Below, piece after piece: positions 37,856 through 48,626 of a stretch of DNA of 64,000 nucleotides (the stretch's first letter is position 1; each line of letters opens with the position of its first letter). This DNA comes from a virus (Duplodnaviria > Heunggongvirae > Uroviricota > Caudoviricetes). A model generated the notes under the pieces. That model did no database searches and had not been told where the DNA came from. It was given only the letters and a program-made list of their open reading frames with translations. The stretch lies in the IMG/VR virus record IMGVR_UViG_3300042922_001018; one strand, written 5' to 3'. The position numbers were made by a program, and so were the translations under genes.

Positions 37856-38445
37856 GCGCCGTGCGTCGGCCCGCGTTCTTTGTCGTGCCTGCGATGGCCC
37901 TAGCGCTCGTCCTAACGGCCTGTGGCTCCACGGAGACGCCCGAGCCAGTTTCGTCGCCCACAGAGGCCGTCAGCGGCTCCCAGGAGCCTTCTGTCGGTGA
38001 TGTGGTCGTGCCAGAGCCGGGAGCGACACAAGTCCCCTCCTGGTCTCAGGAACCTCGGCCATACCCGATGCGCGATGGGACGTTCGTTCTGGTCGCTCCC
38101 GGTGTCCCGCTTCCTGAGTCTGCCCGGCTGGACATGGAAGCTCGCGTCGCGGCCGTAACGCCTGCGACGCTGGAGGATAGCCCGGAAGTGGTGGACGCTG
38201 TCTTCTCGAACTTCTCTCGTCTTGCACAGACGCTACGTAGCGAGACCGGCCGGGCGGTGGTCATCATCGCGCACACCGTCTTGCCTTCGACAGGGCGTGA
38301 CCGATGGGTCCATTTCGGTGGGACGGCTCGTGAGAACATCCCTGCTCCGGAGTCTCTGACGGGTACTGAAGTTACCGTGGAAGAGTACCAGGAGAAGGTC
38401 TTCGAGCGCTCGAATGAGGACTATTTCGACGTGTTCATTCGATGA
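37852..38445 (+). CDS. Lipoprotein paralog 2
   Basis: LTAC lipobox; YPMRDGTFVLV...PLPE. Confidence 0.8.
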   Translation: MSAVRRPAFFVVPAMALALVLTACGSTETPEPVSSPTEAVSGSQEPSVGDVVVPEPGATQVPSWSQEPRPYPMRDGTFVLVAPGVPLPESARLDMEARVAAVTPATLEDSPEVVDAVFSNFSRLAQTLRSETGRAVVIIAHTVLPSTGRDRWVHFGGTARENIPAPESLTGTEVTVEEYQEKVFERSNEDYFDVFIR

Positions 38446-38504
38446 GTGCGAACCGTACCATACTCGCGCTCACTGCGCAACTACCCCGCCGCTAACATAG
38501 GGGT

Positions 38505-39140
38505 ATGTCTAAGAAGAATCGCTTGGGTGGCCTGCTTGCGGTGCCCCTCGTTACCATCCTCCTGATTACGGGGTGCTCCGTCGGTTCGCCTGAACCTACC
38601 GAGACGCCGAACCCGTCTCCGAGCATTTCCGCGCCCGCCGACCCCACGGCCGCGCCCGAGCCGACGGAGCCACCAGCGCCCGCCCCGGAGGAGACTGCGG
38701 GTGCTGTCGTTGACGCTGCGACGGCCAGTGAGCTGAACTCGGAGAAGAACGGACAGTTCCGCGGCTACCCGATGCCGGATGGCTCCTACGTCGTCGTTGA
38801 CAAGACCGCTCCGCTCCCGGCCCCCGTCCAGCAGGACATCCACAACAAGGGGACGAACCACGCGAACACCTACACGGTGGACGACGGCACAAACGCCTTC
38901 CTTCAGGAACGTCAGAAGATGATTAACGAAGTCCAGACGAACACGGGAAAGCGTGCGGTTGCGCTTCTCCGTATGACCGGCTACGACTTCAACGAGAACC
39001 TCGTGACGAAGTATTTCTTCAACGGCCCGTATCAGCCTGACACGGCCTTCGGCTCAGCCGCTGAGGCTCAGGCTGCCGCCGAGGCGTGGATTGCTTCCCA
39101 GGAGAACCCGAACAACTACGTTCTCATCCTTCCGGAGTAA
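38505..39140 (+). CDS. Lipoprotein paralog 3
   Basis: ITGC lipobox; YPMPDGSYVVV...PLPA. Confidence 0.8.
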   Translation: MSKKNRLGGLLAVPLVTILLITGCSVGSPEPTETPNPSPSISAPADPTAAPEPTEPPAPAPEETAGAVVDAATASELNSEKNGQFRGYPMPDGSYVVVDKTAPLPAPVQQDIHNKGTNHANTYTVDDGTNAFLQERQKMINEVQTNTGKRAVALLRMTGYDFNENLVTKYFFNGPYQPDTAFGSAAEAQAAAEAWIASQENPNNYVLILPE

Positions 39141-39141
39141 G

Positions 39142-39280
39142 AGCCGCGGCAACAAGAAAGGCACCCACGCGATGTGGGTGCCTTTCTTGTTGCCGCGGCT
39201 GGGGCTTGCACAGGAACCGCTGCCGACTAACGGTGCATGAGTGAGGGCCGGAGGCATCTCGCCCCGGCCCTCACTCATGC
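39142..39280. terminator. Two long hairpins between the convergent halves of the pilus locus
   Basis: 27-bp perfect stem 39142-39200; second stem 39235-39280. Confidence 0.7.
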
Positions 39281-39284
39281 GTGC

Positions 39285-42200
39285 TTAGAAGCAGCCCATG
39301 TTCACTCGGTCGATACCGGTCGGCACGCTCGTAGCGCCAGTGGTGAACCAGCCGCTAGAACCCCAGCCGTTAGTAGCCTGGGACTGAGCCTGCTTGCTAG
39401 AGGCGCCGTCGAAGCAACCAATCTGAGTGGCCCATCCGGTCCAGGTACCACCGTTACGGGGTACCGTTCCCTGGATACGAACGCTGTTGTTGTATCCGTT
39501 CGCGTTCGCACCACCCGAGCCGTTGAAGCGGAGGGTGTTGACGACGTACCCACCGTAGTCGGTACCACCGAGAGCGGCCATGTACGAGCCGTCGTAGGAG
39601 CCGCCGGTCGGGGTGCCGGGGTAGGGAGGAACCTCCCAGTTGGCGCCGACTCGAACCGAACGGTCCTGCCATCCGGTGCCGACACCAGCGCCGCGAGTAC
39701 CGTTGTCGTTGGCTGCGCAGTAGACGGAAGCGCCGAAGCTACGGGTGACCCAACCGCTGTAGTAGGTTCCAGCGCTGCTGGAGCTGCGGCTTGCCGAAGC
39801 GCTCTGCGAGGTCGGGCTGGCCCAGTCCACCTGAGTGTTGGTGCCCGCCGGGCATCCGCCACCGGCCGAAGCGCTCCACGAGCCGCTCGTCGAGACGGTG
39901 GTACCCGTGTAGACGGTGCCGCGCCAGGTGTCCACGTTCGACCCAGAGACGTTCAGGTAGACGCCACCCGGTGCGGGCGGGATTTCAGCCTGGACGCCGC
40001 CGGTCTGGCGGAACTCGACACCGGAGTTGGCGAAGACGCCGACGCAGATGTAGTTGGCCGAGCTGCCGTACCAGTTCGCCCACGTTGCCGTGATGTTGCC
40101 GGTGCGGAAGCCGTTGCCGCTGTTCGGGTTGAACCAGCCCTGCCAGACACCCGTGTTGCCACCAGCGCCGTCGTTACGCCACTGGTACTGGATGCCTACG
40201 GTGCTGGCCGAGCAGTTCGCCTCGATGCCGACAGAACGCTGCGTGCCGTTCGGCACACCGCTCCAGAACGGCTGCTCCAGGTACATGCCAGTCGGGTTCT
40301 CGACGTTGCGGACCGTTTCGCGGTGCTCTACGGCGCTAGCCGGACCCTTGTTGTTCAGGCTGTCCTGAGTGTAGGGGTCGATGCAGCGGTGCTGAACGTC
40401 CACGTCGAGACGGTGTCCCTGAGCGACGTTGTACAGTACGGCCAGGTGGCGGTTGTCACCCAAGTTGCGCGGCGACGTGCCAGCGAGAACCGGGAGGGTG
40501 GTGTTCTGGCGCGTGTTGTTGATGTAACGCTCACGACCAGCCGTGTCACCCCAGGTGCTCCAGCCGCTCCAGGCGTTACCGGCACCCGTGGTGTTGATGC
40601 GGTAGCGGAAGCGGGACTCGCCCCACTGTCCGGCGCCGGAGCAGTTCTCGTAGGTGAAGACGTTGTCGAGGGTGGTCGAGTTGCCGCTTCCGCCCTGGTC
40701 AACACGGATGCGCTCAGCGGTGGCCGTGTTGTTGACGACCGGGTAGTTGACTCGGATGAGTCCCTGGCCCGGACCGGGAACGGTCGAGAGCGCTTCGAGC
40801 GGGTTGGTGATGGAGGCGTCGCGGTCAGGTCCGTCACAGACGGCGTAGCCGACGTAGCTCGCGTCGTAGAAGTTCGCGCGAGCCTTCGGAGCGGTGTGGC
40901 TGACCGACAGGTTGTTCCAGCGGGTCGGCTCCGAGCGCTTGTCCGTCTCGAAGGTGGACCAACCGCTGTTGAACCAGGCGCGACCAGCGTTCTGGAGGGC
41001 GTTGTTGGTACCGGTCATCGCGTAACGGATGGTCGTACCTGCGGGGCAGGACGAGTTGCCACCGATGGTGACGTTGTACTCAATGTCCATCGGAGTGGTG
41101 GACGGAGCGGCCAGGGTGATGTTACCGCTGGGGAGCGGCAGGTTGGTCGTCCACGTGGTGCTACGGGTCGGGGAAGGGTCCGAGGCCAGGTACGGGGAGA
41201 TGCAGCGTGCTACGGCCTCCCAGACGTAGTAGCGGCCCCATGCGGTGTCCACGTTGTAGAACGGTCCACCGACCGGCGAGGCAGCCCACGTCGTCCATGC
41301 ACCGGTCGGCGCAGGCGTGGTCTGACGGTAGCGGTACTCCGCCGTGGTGCCAGCCGGGCAGACAGCCGCGTCGTGGATGATGCGGTTGTTGATAGGCTCA
41401 GCGGTGCCCTGGTCGTTGGTCGTGAGGTTGGTCAGACCCGGCGGGGCCGGGATGGGACGAATCCACGTCTCGGTGTTGGTCGGGGACTCCGGACCCTGAG
41501 CGTAAGGGGAGACACAGCGTGCCTTCACTTCGATTTCGATGCGTCCACCGCGAAGGATGGCGATGAGGGCGCTCGTGTCACCGCTCCACGAAGTGAATGA
41601 GGTGTACGAAGTCGCCTCGTTCAGGCGGTAGCGGTAGCTGTACTCGGGAGTCGTGCCAGCGGGGCAACCCGTGGTGACGAAGTTCGCGGGTACCGGGTCA
41701 GCGTCGGCCGAAGGGTCGGTGAACGTGACGGTCGGCGTCGCCGGTACCGTCACGATGGGGCGAATCCACTGTGCCGTGTTGCGCGCGGCCTGAGTCGGCG
41801 AGAACTGAGTCGCGTTGTATGCACAACGGACCTGAGCGTTGACCTGGATGCGGGCACCCTCGGCGACGTTCGTCGTCATCACACGCGTGGTGCCCCAGGT
41901 GGTCCATGCGCTCCATGCGGAAGTACCGAAGCGGTAGCGCTGCTGGTACTGGCCGCTGGTGCCAGCGGGGCATGTGATAGCGGAGACAGTCGTCTGGTAG
42001 GAAGCCGTCGTCGGGTTAGTGCCCGTGATGGTCGGCGCCGCAATCGGGGGCCATGGTGTCTGGATGGTGACGATGTTCGACGGGTTGGACTCCACCGGAG
42101 GGAGCACGGCGATGGCACGGTAACGGTGGTTCTGACCGTAGGTCGAACCAGTGTCGAAGGTGAGCTGTGCGGTTACGCCGTCCTTCGGGTTCGGCGAGAT

Positions 42201-43460
42201 TGCCGGGGAAGGCGTCCAGGCACCGTTGTTGATGCTCTGCTCGACGCGGTAACGGACTGCCTGAAGCGACGAGACCGGACCCCAGGAGAGGTTGTGCTCG
42301 TGCGGACGGGCCGAGTTCTCGGAACCGGCGAGGACCGGAGCAGGAAGCGTCTGCGTGTAGTTCACCGTGTCGGTGGACGTGGCGTTCGATACGCTCGGCG
42401 GGCAGGCGGCGACAACCGCGACCTGGCCGACGGAACCGTTCGGTACGCCTTCAATCTGGACAGGCTCGAATGCGCCGTAAGAGGTGAAGGTGACTTCGTG
42501 GTTCTCAGCGCCCGTGGTCGAGGTGACCCAACGGACGGTGTACTCCGTCGTGAACGGCCCACAGGTCACGTAGTCCCAGGTAATCTGGATACCTTCACGC
42601 ATGGAGCCATAGATGTCACCGTTGGTGGCGGAGCGCTCGACCCGGAGGTTGTTGATGGGTCCAGGGTTGTAGAGAGTCTGCTCCGGCTGCTCTTCGGGGT
42701 TGGTGAGCGTGTCACCTTCGGCCGTCGGAGTAATCCAAGTCTTGCCAGCGATGTCGGTCGGACGGGGACCGGTGAGCGGCATGGCAACCTGGGTCTCCGA
42801 GCCGTTGGCGCGAGAAATCTTCACCAGCGAAGGCTGGCTCCATTCCCACTCGTAGTCACGCCAGTAAGAGTCGCGAGTGGCGGTGGACTTCTGAGCCGCG
42901 GGGACAGTCGTGGACAGGCCCACTTCGAGACCGGAAGCGTTGTAGTGGAGGTCACGACCGGCAGAGTTCGATGCGACGAACACTGCGTCGGTCGCGAAGC
43001 CGTCCACCGAGATGGTCTTAGTGGTCGCGGCGGGGGTACCTGGCGATGTGCCGAGGTCACAGACTTCGTTGTTGAAGTACGAGACCGTGTTGCTCAGCAC
43101 TCCACCGTCGAGGGTCCAGACGCTCTTACGGCAGTCGTCACGGAATGAACCGCTGCCGCGCTGCTGGTAGACACCAGGGGACCGACCGGGTAGCTCATAG
43201 AAGATAGCCGTCTTGTCGCCTCGAAGGAAGACCTGAGACGAGTTGTTGGCGTCGAGCGACCACGCCTTGCTAGCCGTGGTGAGGTTCGCTGCGCGAGTCT
43301 GCTCGTCGGCGTACTTACCTACGAAGTTGAAGGTCGTGATGAGCACGGCGAAGATGGTCGCGCCCACAATCATGCTGCCGAACACAGCGATGATACTCAG
43401 GACGGGGTCAGTGGCCCCTCGCTCTGAGCGCAGGTGTGTGAGCAGTCTGTTCATCATCAT
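39285..43460 (-). CDS. Giant pilin-like adhesin (~1390 aa) with Cys-containing Fn3-like repeats
   Basis: Class III-like signal RSERG/ATDPVLSII; about 8 repeats of C-P-A-G-T..Y.YR...W..W..W; start moved to 43460. Confidence 0.8.
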   Translation of the reverse strand: MMMNRLLTHLRSERGATDPVLSIIAVFGSMIVGATIFAVLITTFNFVGKYADEQTRAANLTTASKAWSLDANNSSQVFLRGDKTAIFYELPGRSPGVYQQRGSGSFRDDCRKSVWTLDGGVLSNTVSYFNNEVCDLGTSPGTPAATTKTISVDGFATDAVFVASNSAGRDLHYNASGLEVGLSTTVPAAQKSTATRDSYWRDYEWEWSQPSLVKISRANGSETQVAMPLTGPRPTDIAGKTWITPTAEGDTLTNPEEQPEQTLYNPGPINNLRVERSATNGDIYGSMREGIQITWDYVTCGPFTTEYTVRWVTSTTGAENHEVTFTSYGAFEPVQIEGVPNGSVGQVAVVAACPPSVSNATSTDTVNYTQTLPAPVLAGSENSARPHEHNLSWGPVSSLQAVRYRVEQSINNGAWTPSPAISPNPKDGVTAQLTFDTGSTYGQNHRYRAIAVLPPVESNPSNIVTIQTPWPPIAAPTITGTNPTTASYQTTVSAITCPAGTSGQYQQRYRFGTSAWSAWTTWGTTRVMTTNVAEGARIQVNAQVRCAYNATQFSPTQAARNTAQWIRPIVTVPATPTVTFTDPSADADPVPANFVTTGCPAGTTPEYSYRYRLNEATSYTSFTSWSGDTSALIAILRGGRIEIEVKARCVSPYAQGPESPTNTETWIRPIPAPPGLTNLTTNDQGTAEPINNRIIHDAAVCPAGTTAEYRYRQTTPAPTGAWTTWAASPVGGPFYNVDTAWGRYYVWEAVARCISPYLASDPSPTRSTTWTTNLPLPSGNITLAAPSTTPMDIEYNVTIGGNSSCPAGTTIRYAMTGTNNALQNAGRAWFNSGWSTFETDKRSEPTRWNNLSVSHTAPKARANFYDASYVGYAVCDGPDRDASITNPLEALSTVPGPGQGLIRVNYPVVNNTATAERIRVDQGGSGNSTTLDNVFTYENCSGAGQWGESRFRYRINTTGAGNAWSGWSTWGDTAGRERYINNTRQNTTLPVLAGTSPRNLGDNRHLAVLYNVAQGHRLDVDVQHRCIDPYTQDSLNNKGPASAVEHRETVRNVENPTGMYLEQPFWSGVPNGTQRSVGIEANCSASTVGIQYQWRNDGAGGNTGVWQGWFNPNSGNGFRTGNITATWANWYGSSANYICVGVFANSGVEFRQTGGVQAEIPPAPGGVYLNVSGSNVDTWRGTVYTGTTVSTSGSWSASAGGGCPAGTNTQVDWASPTSQSASASRSSSSAGTYYSGWVTRSFGASVYCAANDNGTRGAGVGTGWQDRSVRVGANWEVPPYPGTPTGGSYDGSYMAALGGTDYGGYVVNTLRFNGSGGANANGYNNSVRIQGTVPRNGGTWTGWATQIGCFDGASSKQAQSQATNGWGSSGWFTTGATSVPTGIDRVNMGCF

Positions 43461-43495
43461 GATTGTATCACCCTGTAGGTAGGAACGCTGACGGA

Positions 43496-46400
43496 TTATC
43501 CGTATGCGCCAGCGGACCACTGGTATCCGCTGTTGGCGTACGGACCGGTGCACGTCGCGCGAGAGTTCCACTCGACGTAGCCCCAGCTACCACCCTGGTT
43601 GTTGTAGTCCCAGGCGGCACCTTCCCAGCGCCAGTTGGATGCCTTGTTCATCAGCATCCAGAAGTACGGGTCTGCGCCCCACGCACCGTTGTAGCAGTTG
43701 ATGCCGTGGTTGAAGTGACGGTAGCCTGCACGGCCACTCCACTTGCCACCAGCGCTGACGCCACGGACGTAGAAGCCATTGCTGCCGCCCAGTGTGGACT
43801 GGTTCGTAGCTGCACCGCGAGCGCCCGTGAGGTCGTTGTAGCACGTCGTCTGCACGTAGGTCTTCTGAGCGCGACCTTCTTCAGCCTGCGTACCCCGGCT
43901 CCGGTGGTTGCGGTCCCAGCCGGTCCAACCGCTGTCCATGTTACCCGGCTCCTTCGTCATGGAGCCTTCCCAGTTGACACGGTTGAACGAGCTGTAGTCG
44001 GTGACGGTGCCCGCGGGGCAGGCGTTGCCGTTGACAGTCCAGTTCGAGTTCAGGGAACCATCGTAGCCGATGTGGACGGTCGGGCCAGCGGGCATGTCGC
44101 GCATGCGAGCCTGCGCGGCATGTTCGACAACCGGGCCAGCGGCGCTGGAATACTGGTTGATGCATCGCGTAGCGACCTGCACGTCGAAGTAGTCACCGTG
44201 GTACCACGGGTTGCCGCCGAGCGTCTGAGCGCCGGGGTTGCCACCCCATGCACTCCATGCGCGAGTCCAGCCGCCTTCGTTCCGGTCAGACCAGACGCCG
44301 CTCTTCGTGCGGTACTGGTACTGCGGGCTGAGGCCGGTACCACAGGTGACATCGGTGAACTGGAAGGTCGCCCAGGTGGAGGTGTTCCAGGAGACGGTCG
44401 GCGAAGCGGTCGTCGCGGTAACCGGCGTGGTGAACGACACGACCGTGTACTGGTAGGTCGGGCCGGTCGAGTAGTCAGAGACGCAGCGGGCCTGAAGCTG
44501 CGCACGGGCAACGTCACCGTTCGACACTGCGTCGAAGGTGAAGTTCGGCAGGGTCGCTGCGAATGCGCCCCATGCAGCCCACGAATCGTTCATTCCGGTG
44601 CGCGAGGAGACGCGTGCGGTGGTCGTCGCGGGGCAGTTCGTGGGGTTGGAGTACGAGGCCACGGGCGGAGCACCAGCGATGACAGTCTTGCCACCGACGG
44701 TCGGCTGAGCCGTGATTTCGTAGATGTGCCAGTCGCCGGTCGATGCAGCGCTCGGGCCGACGAGGGTTGCATCGGTGCCCGAGACGCAACGCGCCTCAAC
44801 GTCGAACTGAACGCGCTCGCCCTGGTTGATGGGCGAGTTGGCGCCGTTGGCGGCTCCCCAGCCAGTCCAGTTGGACCATCCACCAGCGTTCATCTGGTAG
44901 CGGCTACGCGACTCCCAGGTGGTGCCGGTTGCACAGCCCGCCTTGACCCAGGTCGGTGCGCCGTTGGCGGCGTACGTGACGGTGGGCGCGGAGGGGATGG
45001 ACGTGACGGGGCGGACACGCTCGACAACCGACTCGTCCGAAGAGGGGCCGTAGAGCTGCGTGCCGTTACCGAGGCAGTTCGCGGTGGCAACGATACGGAC
45101 CTTGCCACCTTCGGGAACGGTCACGTTCCGGGTGAACTGGTTCGGCGAGATGTTCGTGTAGGTCTCACGAGTGACATCGTTGACCTGAGCGAGCCAGGTA
45201 TAGCGAGGGGTCGTGCCAGCGGGGCAGGTAACCTGACCGATGGTGAACTGGTTGAAGCCGCTCGCGAGCGTCAGGAGAGGAGCGTCGGGCTTCGTCGTGA
45301 CTGGCACGTTGAGGACCACGATGTCGGACTCCGGCGAACCCGGTCCCTGTACATACGGGGAAACGTAGCGCGACTGGCCCTGGCCTTCGACCTTAGAACC
45401 CTGGTCTACGGCGCGAGTGTCGATGCGGTTGGTCGTCCACGGACCGTAAGTCCATGTGTTGCCGCCGTTGACACGGACGCGGTAGCGGTACTCGGCCGTG
45501 AGGCCAGCGGTCGTAGCGGCAGTGGAGACGGTCGTGGTGACGGTGTTGGTTCCACCGATGGACACGGTCGGCTTGGTCGGCGCCGAAGTGATGGGGCGGT
45601 CGAGCTGAGCGCTAGCAGTTGCAGTCTGGTTACCGACAGCGAACTCAGAGGCACAGCGTGCACGCACCTGGAACTCGATACGAGCGCCTTCAAGAGCCTT
45701 CGTGTCGTGGGAGAGCACACCATCGGCCCAGGTCGTCCACGTGGTCCAGGTGCCCTCGTCAAGGCGCGTACGGTGCTGGTACTGAGGCGTGGTGCCGGTA
45801 CCGCAAGATACGGTGGTCCAGGAAGCGACGCCGGTCGGCGCGATGGTCAGCGTCGGGGCACCGGGAGGCGGCAGAATCGGGTGGGTGTACTCCGCGATTT
45901 CGGAAGCCGCGGTCGGGTCGGTGACGCCCATCGAGGTACGGCAACGCGCCATGGCCTGAACAGAAATCTTCTGGCCCTGGTTGATGTTCTGGTTGAAGGA
46001 CTTGCCTGCGGCCCATTCGCTCCATGCGGTCCACTCGCCGTTACCCATCTTGTAGCGGTAGCGGTACTCCGTCGAACCACCGTACTGGCAGTAGACATTC
46101 GAGAAGGTGGAGGTGGCGGTGTTTCCGGACGCGGTGATGTTCACGCTCGGCGGAATCGGAGGCGCGACAGAGGTGTAGTCACCACCGGGGGTCAGGTACT
46201 CGATGGAGTTCGGGTTCAGCTCCCACAGCGCGAGCGCGTCGAGGTTGTCATCAGAGTAGACCCATACCGGACGTCCCTGAGCGTCGAGACCGGTGAACAC
46301 ACCAGCGCCGGAGGGAACGAACTGGACACGGGCCTTCGCGGTAACGCCGAGAGCGTTGTCGGACTTACCTTCCATCTCGGCCGTGACTACACCGGATTCC

Positions 46401-46795
46401 GGGTTGACGGCGAAGAAGGTGACGTGGCTGTTCGCGCCGAGTTCTGGCGTGTTGCCGAACTGCGAGGTGGCCTCAGTCAGCCCTTCAGCATCCATGTACT
46501 GCCATTCCCGCGGGAAGTCAGAGTTCATCTGTCCGAGGACGTTGGATGCGAGCTGGTTGATGCTGGAGCGAACCTGCGCCTGCTGCGCGGTCGTGTAGTC
46601 GAGAGTCTGGCGGAAGAAGAACCACGACATCGAGACGATGAGCAGAGTGGTGACGACGAGCACCAGGATGAGGGCGTTCGAGAGCGCGCCTCGTTCGCTG
46701 TTACGTTCCAGGATGGTGCGACGACGTTCTACGAACGCGCGGATACGAGCGAGCGGGTTTCCCTGCTCGCTCATCGGCGACTTAGCGCTGCTCAT
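43496..46795 (-). CDS. Second giant pilin-like adhesin (1099 aa)
   Basis: RNSERG/ALSNALILVLVV; about 8 repeats of the same Cys/Trp type. Confidence 0.8.
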   Translation of the reverse strand: MSSAKSPMSEQGNPLARIRAFVERRRTILERNSERGALSNALILVLVVTTLLIVSMSWFFFRQTLDYTTAQQAQVRSSINQLASNVLGQMNSDFPREWQYMDAEGLTEATSQFGNTPELGANSHVTFFAVNPESGVVTAEMEGKSDNALGVTAKARVQFVPSGAGVFTGLDAQGRPVWVYSDDNLDALALWELNPNSIEYLTPGGDYTSVAPPIPPSVNITASGNTATSTFSNVYCQYGGSTEYRYRYKMGNGEWTAWSEWAAGKSFNQNINQGQKISVQAMARCRTSMGVTDPTAASEIAEYTHPILPPPGAPTLTIAPTGVASWTTVSCGTGTTPQYQHRTRLDEGTWTTWTTWADGVLSHDTKALEGARIEFQVRARCASEFAVGNQTATASAQLDRPITSAPTKPTVSIGGTNTVTTTVSTAATTAGLTAEYRYRVRVNGGNTWTYGPWTTNRIDTRAVDQGSKVEGQGQSRYVSPYVQGPGSPESDIVVLNVPVTTKPDAPLLTLASGFNQFTIGQVTCPAGTTPRYTWLAQVNDVTRETYTNISPNQFTRNVTVPEGGKVRIVATANCLGNGTQLYGPSSDESVVERVRPVTSIPSAPTVTYAANGAPTWVKAGCATGTTWESRSRYQMNAGGWSNWTGWGAANGANSPINQGERVQFDVEARCVSGTDATLVGPSAASTGDWHIYEITAQPTVGGKTVIAGAPPVASYSNPTNCPATTTARVSSRTGMNDSWAAWGAFAATLPNFTFDAVSNGDVARAQLQARCVSDYSTGPTYQYTVVSFTTPVTATTASPTVSWNTSTWATFQFTDVTCGTGLSPQYQYRTKSGVWSDRNEGGWTRAWSAWGGNPGAQTLGGNPWYHGDYFDVQVATRCINQYSSAAGPVVEHAAQARMRDMPAGPTVHIGYDGSLNSNWTVNGNACPAGTVTDYSSFNRVNWEGSMTKEPGNMDSGWTGWDRNHRSRGTQAEEGRAQKTYVQTTCYNDLTGARGAATNQSTLGGSNGFYVRGVSAGGKWSGRAGYRHFNHGINCYNGAWGADPYFWMLMNKASNWRWEGAAWDYNNQGGSWGYVEWNSRATCTGPYANSGYQWSAGAYG

Positions 46796-48546
46796 TCTTC
46801 CCCTCCGCGCTGGGACGTGACGCCAGCCAGAACCTTCATCAGAGTCACATCCTTGACGAGCGCAGATTCGATGATGTCACCGTCCGCACTCCACACCCTA
46901 ATGTTAGCAGACCCACACTCGTTCAAGCGGTCGAGAGCTGGAACTTCGAGGCGCGCCCAGTACCAGTCGCGGCCAGAGGTGTCCTGCGACAGGTTGATGT
47001 TGTTCGTCGAGAGTGAACCGATGCCCAGGTTGGTCGAGCAGAACACGCCGATTTTCAGGTTCCGTGGTGCGGTGCTGCCGGTGTACTGGTAGGAGACGCG
47101 GAGGACGGTGTCCTTAATCAGGGCGGGGTCAATCTTGGCGATTTCGACGCTCGACGCGGTCGTCGTGGCACTGTTACGTCCGGTGGCAACCAGGCTGATG
47201 TCCGATGCCGTAATGGTCTTGGCCGGGCCACCTGTCTGGGTGACACGGATGATGAACCGACCGACAGCGGTTGGGGTCGCGATGGTGTGGTTCAACGCGA
47301 GAGGTACGCTCTCGGTGCCGATACCTGCGAGGTCGATGGTCTGGAGGATGGTTGCCGTGCCGCTAGTGCTCGGGGCGTACTCGACGGTGACGGTACCAGT
47401 TGCTCCAGCCACCTGAGCGGTAGCCTGAAGGCGCATGCCAACGGTGATGGCGTTGATGCCGGTCATCTGCGGGGACGCGATGTTGTAGCGGAGCCACTTG
47501 CCCGTGTTTCCGCCGTTGAACGTGACGACGCCGGTTGCCTGGTCGTAGGCAGCGTTGGTGGAAGTCTCGAACGTTGCCGGGGTCTTCAGGATGTTCTCGA
47601 CGGTCTTGATGAGAGTCACATCGTCTACTGCGACGCGGCAACCGCTACAGTTCGTCACACGAATGGCGAGACGATACTGACCGGCAGCGGCGGCGGTGGA
47701 CTCGCTCGCGATGGTGGACCATTCACGGCGGTTCGTGGAAGGACCGAACGTAGGAGCGTTCGTACCCGCCTGGAGGCCCACCTGGACGAGCGCGCTACCG
47801 GATACGACCCTGGCGAAGCCGGAGGCCTTCAGGCGGTCTGCTACGGCCGCAGCGATGGGCTGGCTGTACACGACAGTGTCGCCCTGGATGATGAGTTCCT
47901 GCGCACCTGTAGAACGAGGCGTGGACGTTCCGGTCACTGTGGCGACGGCGCCTCCGGCTTCGGTGCTCCAGTTCGTCTGGGCGGCGGCACCTTCGAAGTC
48001 ACCCGCTGTTGCGAGGTTGGTCGAAAGGTTCTCGTTGTTGATGTCGCGAACGGACACGGTGATGCCGCTCGGGAGGTTCGGACCGATGTCCGAAGGCGTT
48101 CCGACCACGGTGGAGGACAGCGAGAGGCAGCCCTTCGGGGTCTTGCCCGCTGAGTCGAGCGTGCCACAGGACATCGTCGGACGGTTCGCAAGGATGCCAC
48201 GAGGCGCGGTCACTCGCAGCGTGAAACCGTTCACCGACGGGTCGAAGAAGACCTCACGGGTGACCGGAACAGTACGTCCCGAAACCGTGACGTTGAACGT
48301 CGTGGGAGGCTGGTCCGTAATCTTGTTGTACGGGGTCTTCTCGAAGTTGACGATTTCCTGTTCGAGACGGGTTGTCAGGTCGGAGTTACTCTGAGCGAGA
48401 GAGCTGCCCGCGAGCATCGTTGTGATGGCGCCACCGATAATGACCATCGTGACCATCGTGAGGATGGATGCAGCAATGAGAGCAACGGGCGAGGCATCGC
48501 CTCGGTCGCTTCGAAGGTGGGAAAGCAGTCTACGCATCACGCTCAT
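46792..48546 (-). CDS. Minor pilin-like protein with probable carbohydrate-binding (CBM4/9-like) domain
   Basis: RSDRG/DASPVALI; NL...GDFEG...W ... VAVDDVTL. Confidence 0.7.
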   Translation of the reverse strand: MSVMRRLLSHLRSDRGDASPVALIAASILTMVTMVIIGGAITTMLAGSSLAQSNSDLTTRLEQEIVNFEKTPYNKITDQPPTTFNVTVSGRTVPVTREVFFDPSVNGFTLRVTAPRGILANRPTMSCGTLDSAGKTPKGCLSLSSTVVGTPSDIGPNLPSGITVSVRDINNENLSTNLATAGDFEGAAAQTNWSTEAGGAVATVTGTSTPRSTGAQELIIQGDTVVYSQPIAAAVADRLKASGFARVVSGSALVQVGLQAGTNAPTFGPSTNRREWSTIASESTAAAAGQYRLAIRVTNCSGCRVAVDDVTLIKTVENILKTPATFETSTNAAYDQATGVVTFNGGNTGKWLRYNIASPQMTGINAITVGMRLQATAQVAGATGTVTVEYAPSTSGTATILQTIDLAGIGTESVPLALNHTIATPTAVGRFIIRVTQTGGPAKTITASDISLVATGRNSATTTASSVEIAKIDPALIKDTVLRVSYQYTGSTAPRNLKIGVFCSTNLGIGSLSTNNINLSQDTSGRDWYWARLEVPALDRLNECGSANIRVWSADGDIIESALVKDVTLMKVLAGVTSQRGGEE

Positions 48547-48626
48547 TGTACTCGTACGGAGATAGGTGGATGAACGAGGCGGGAACCGGTTGGCGCTGGG
48601 GCTTTCAATCCGGTCCTCATCTCGGT

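Noticed and set aside
43464-43483. CTACCTACA upstream of the large adhesin (and AACCTACA near pilin starts) as extra CCGCCTACA sites
   Set aside because: Two or more mismatches and inconsistent spacing.
39237-47092. 787-aa and 1209-aa plus-strand ORFs
   Set aside because: Antisense shadows of the adhesin genes; low-information Arg/Val/Gly-rich translations.
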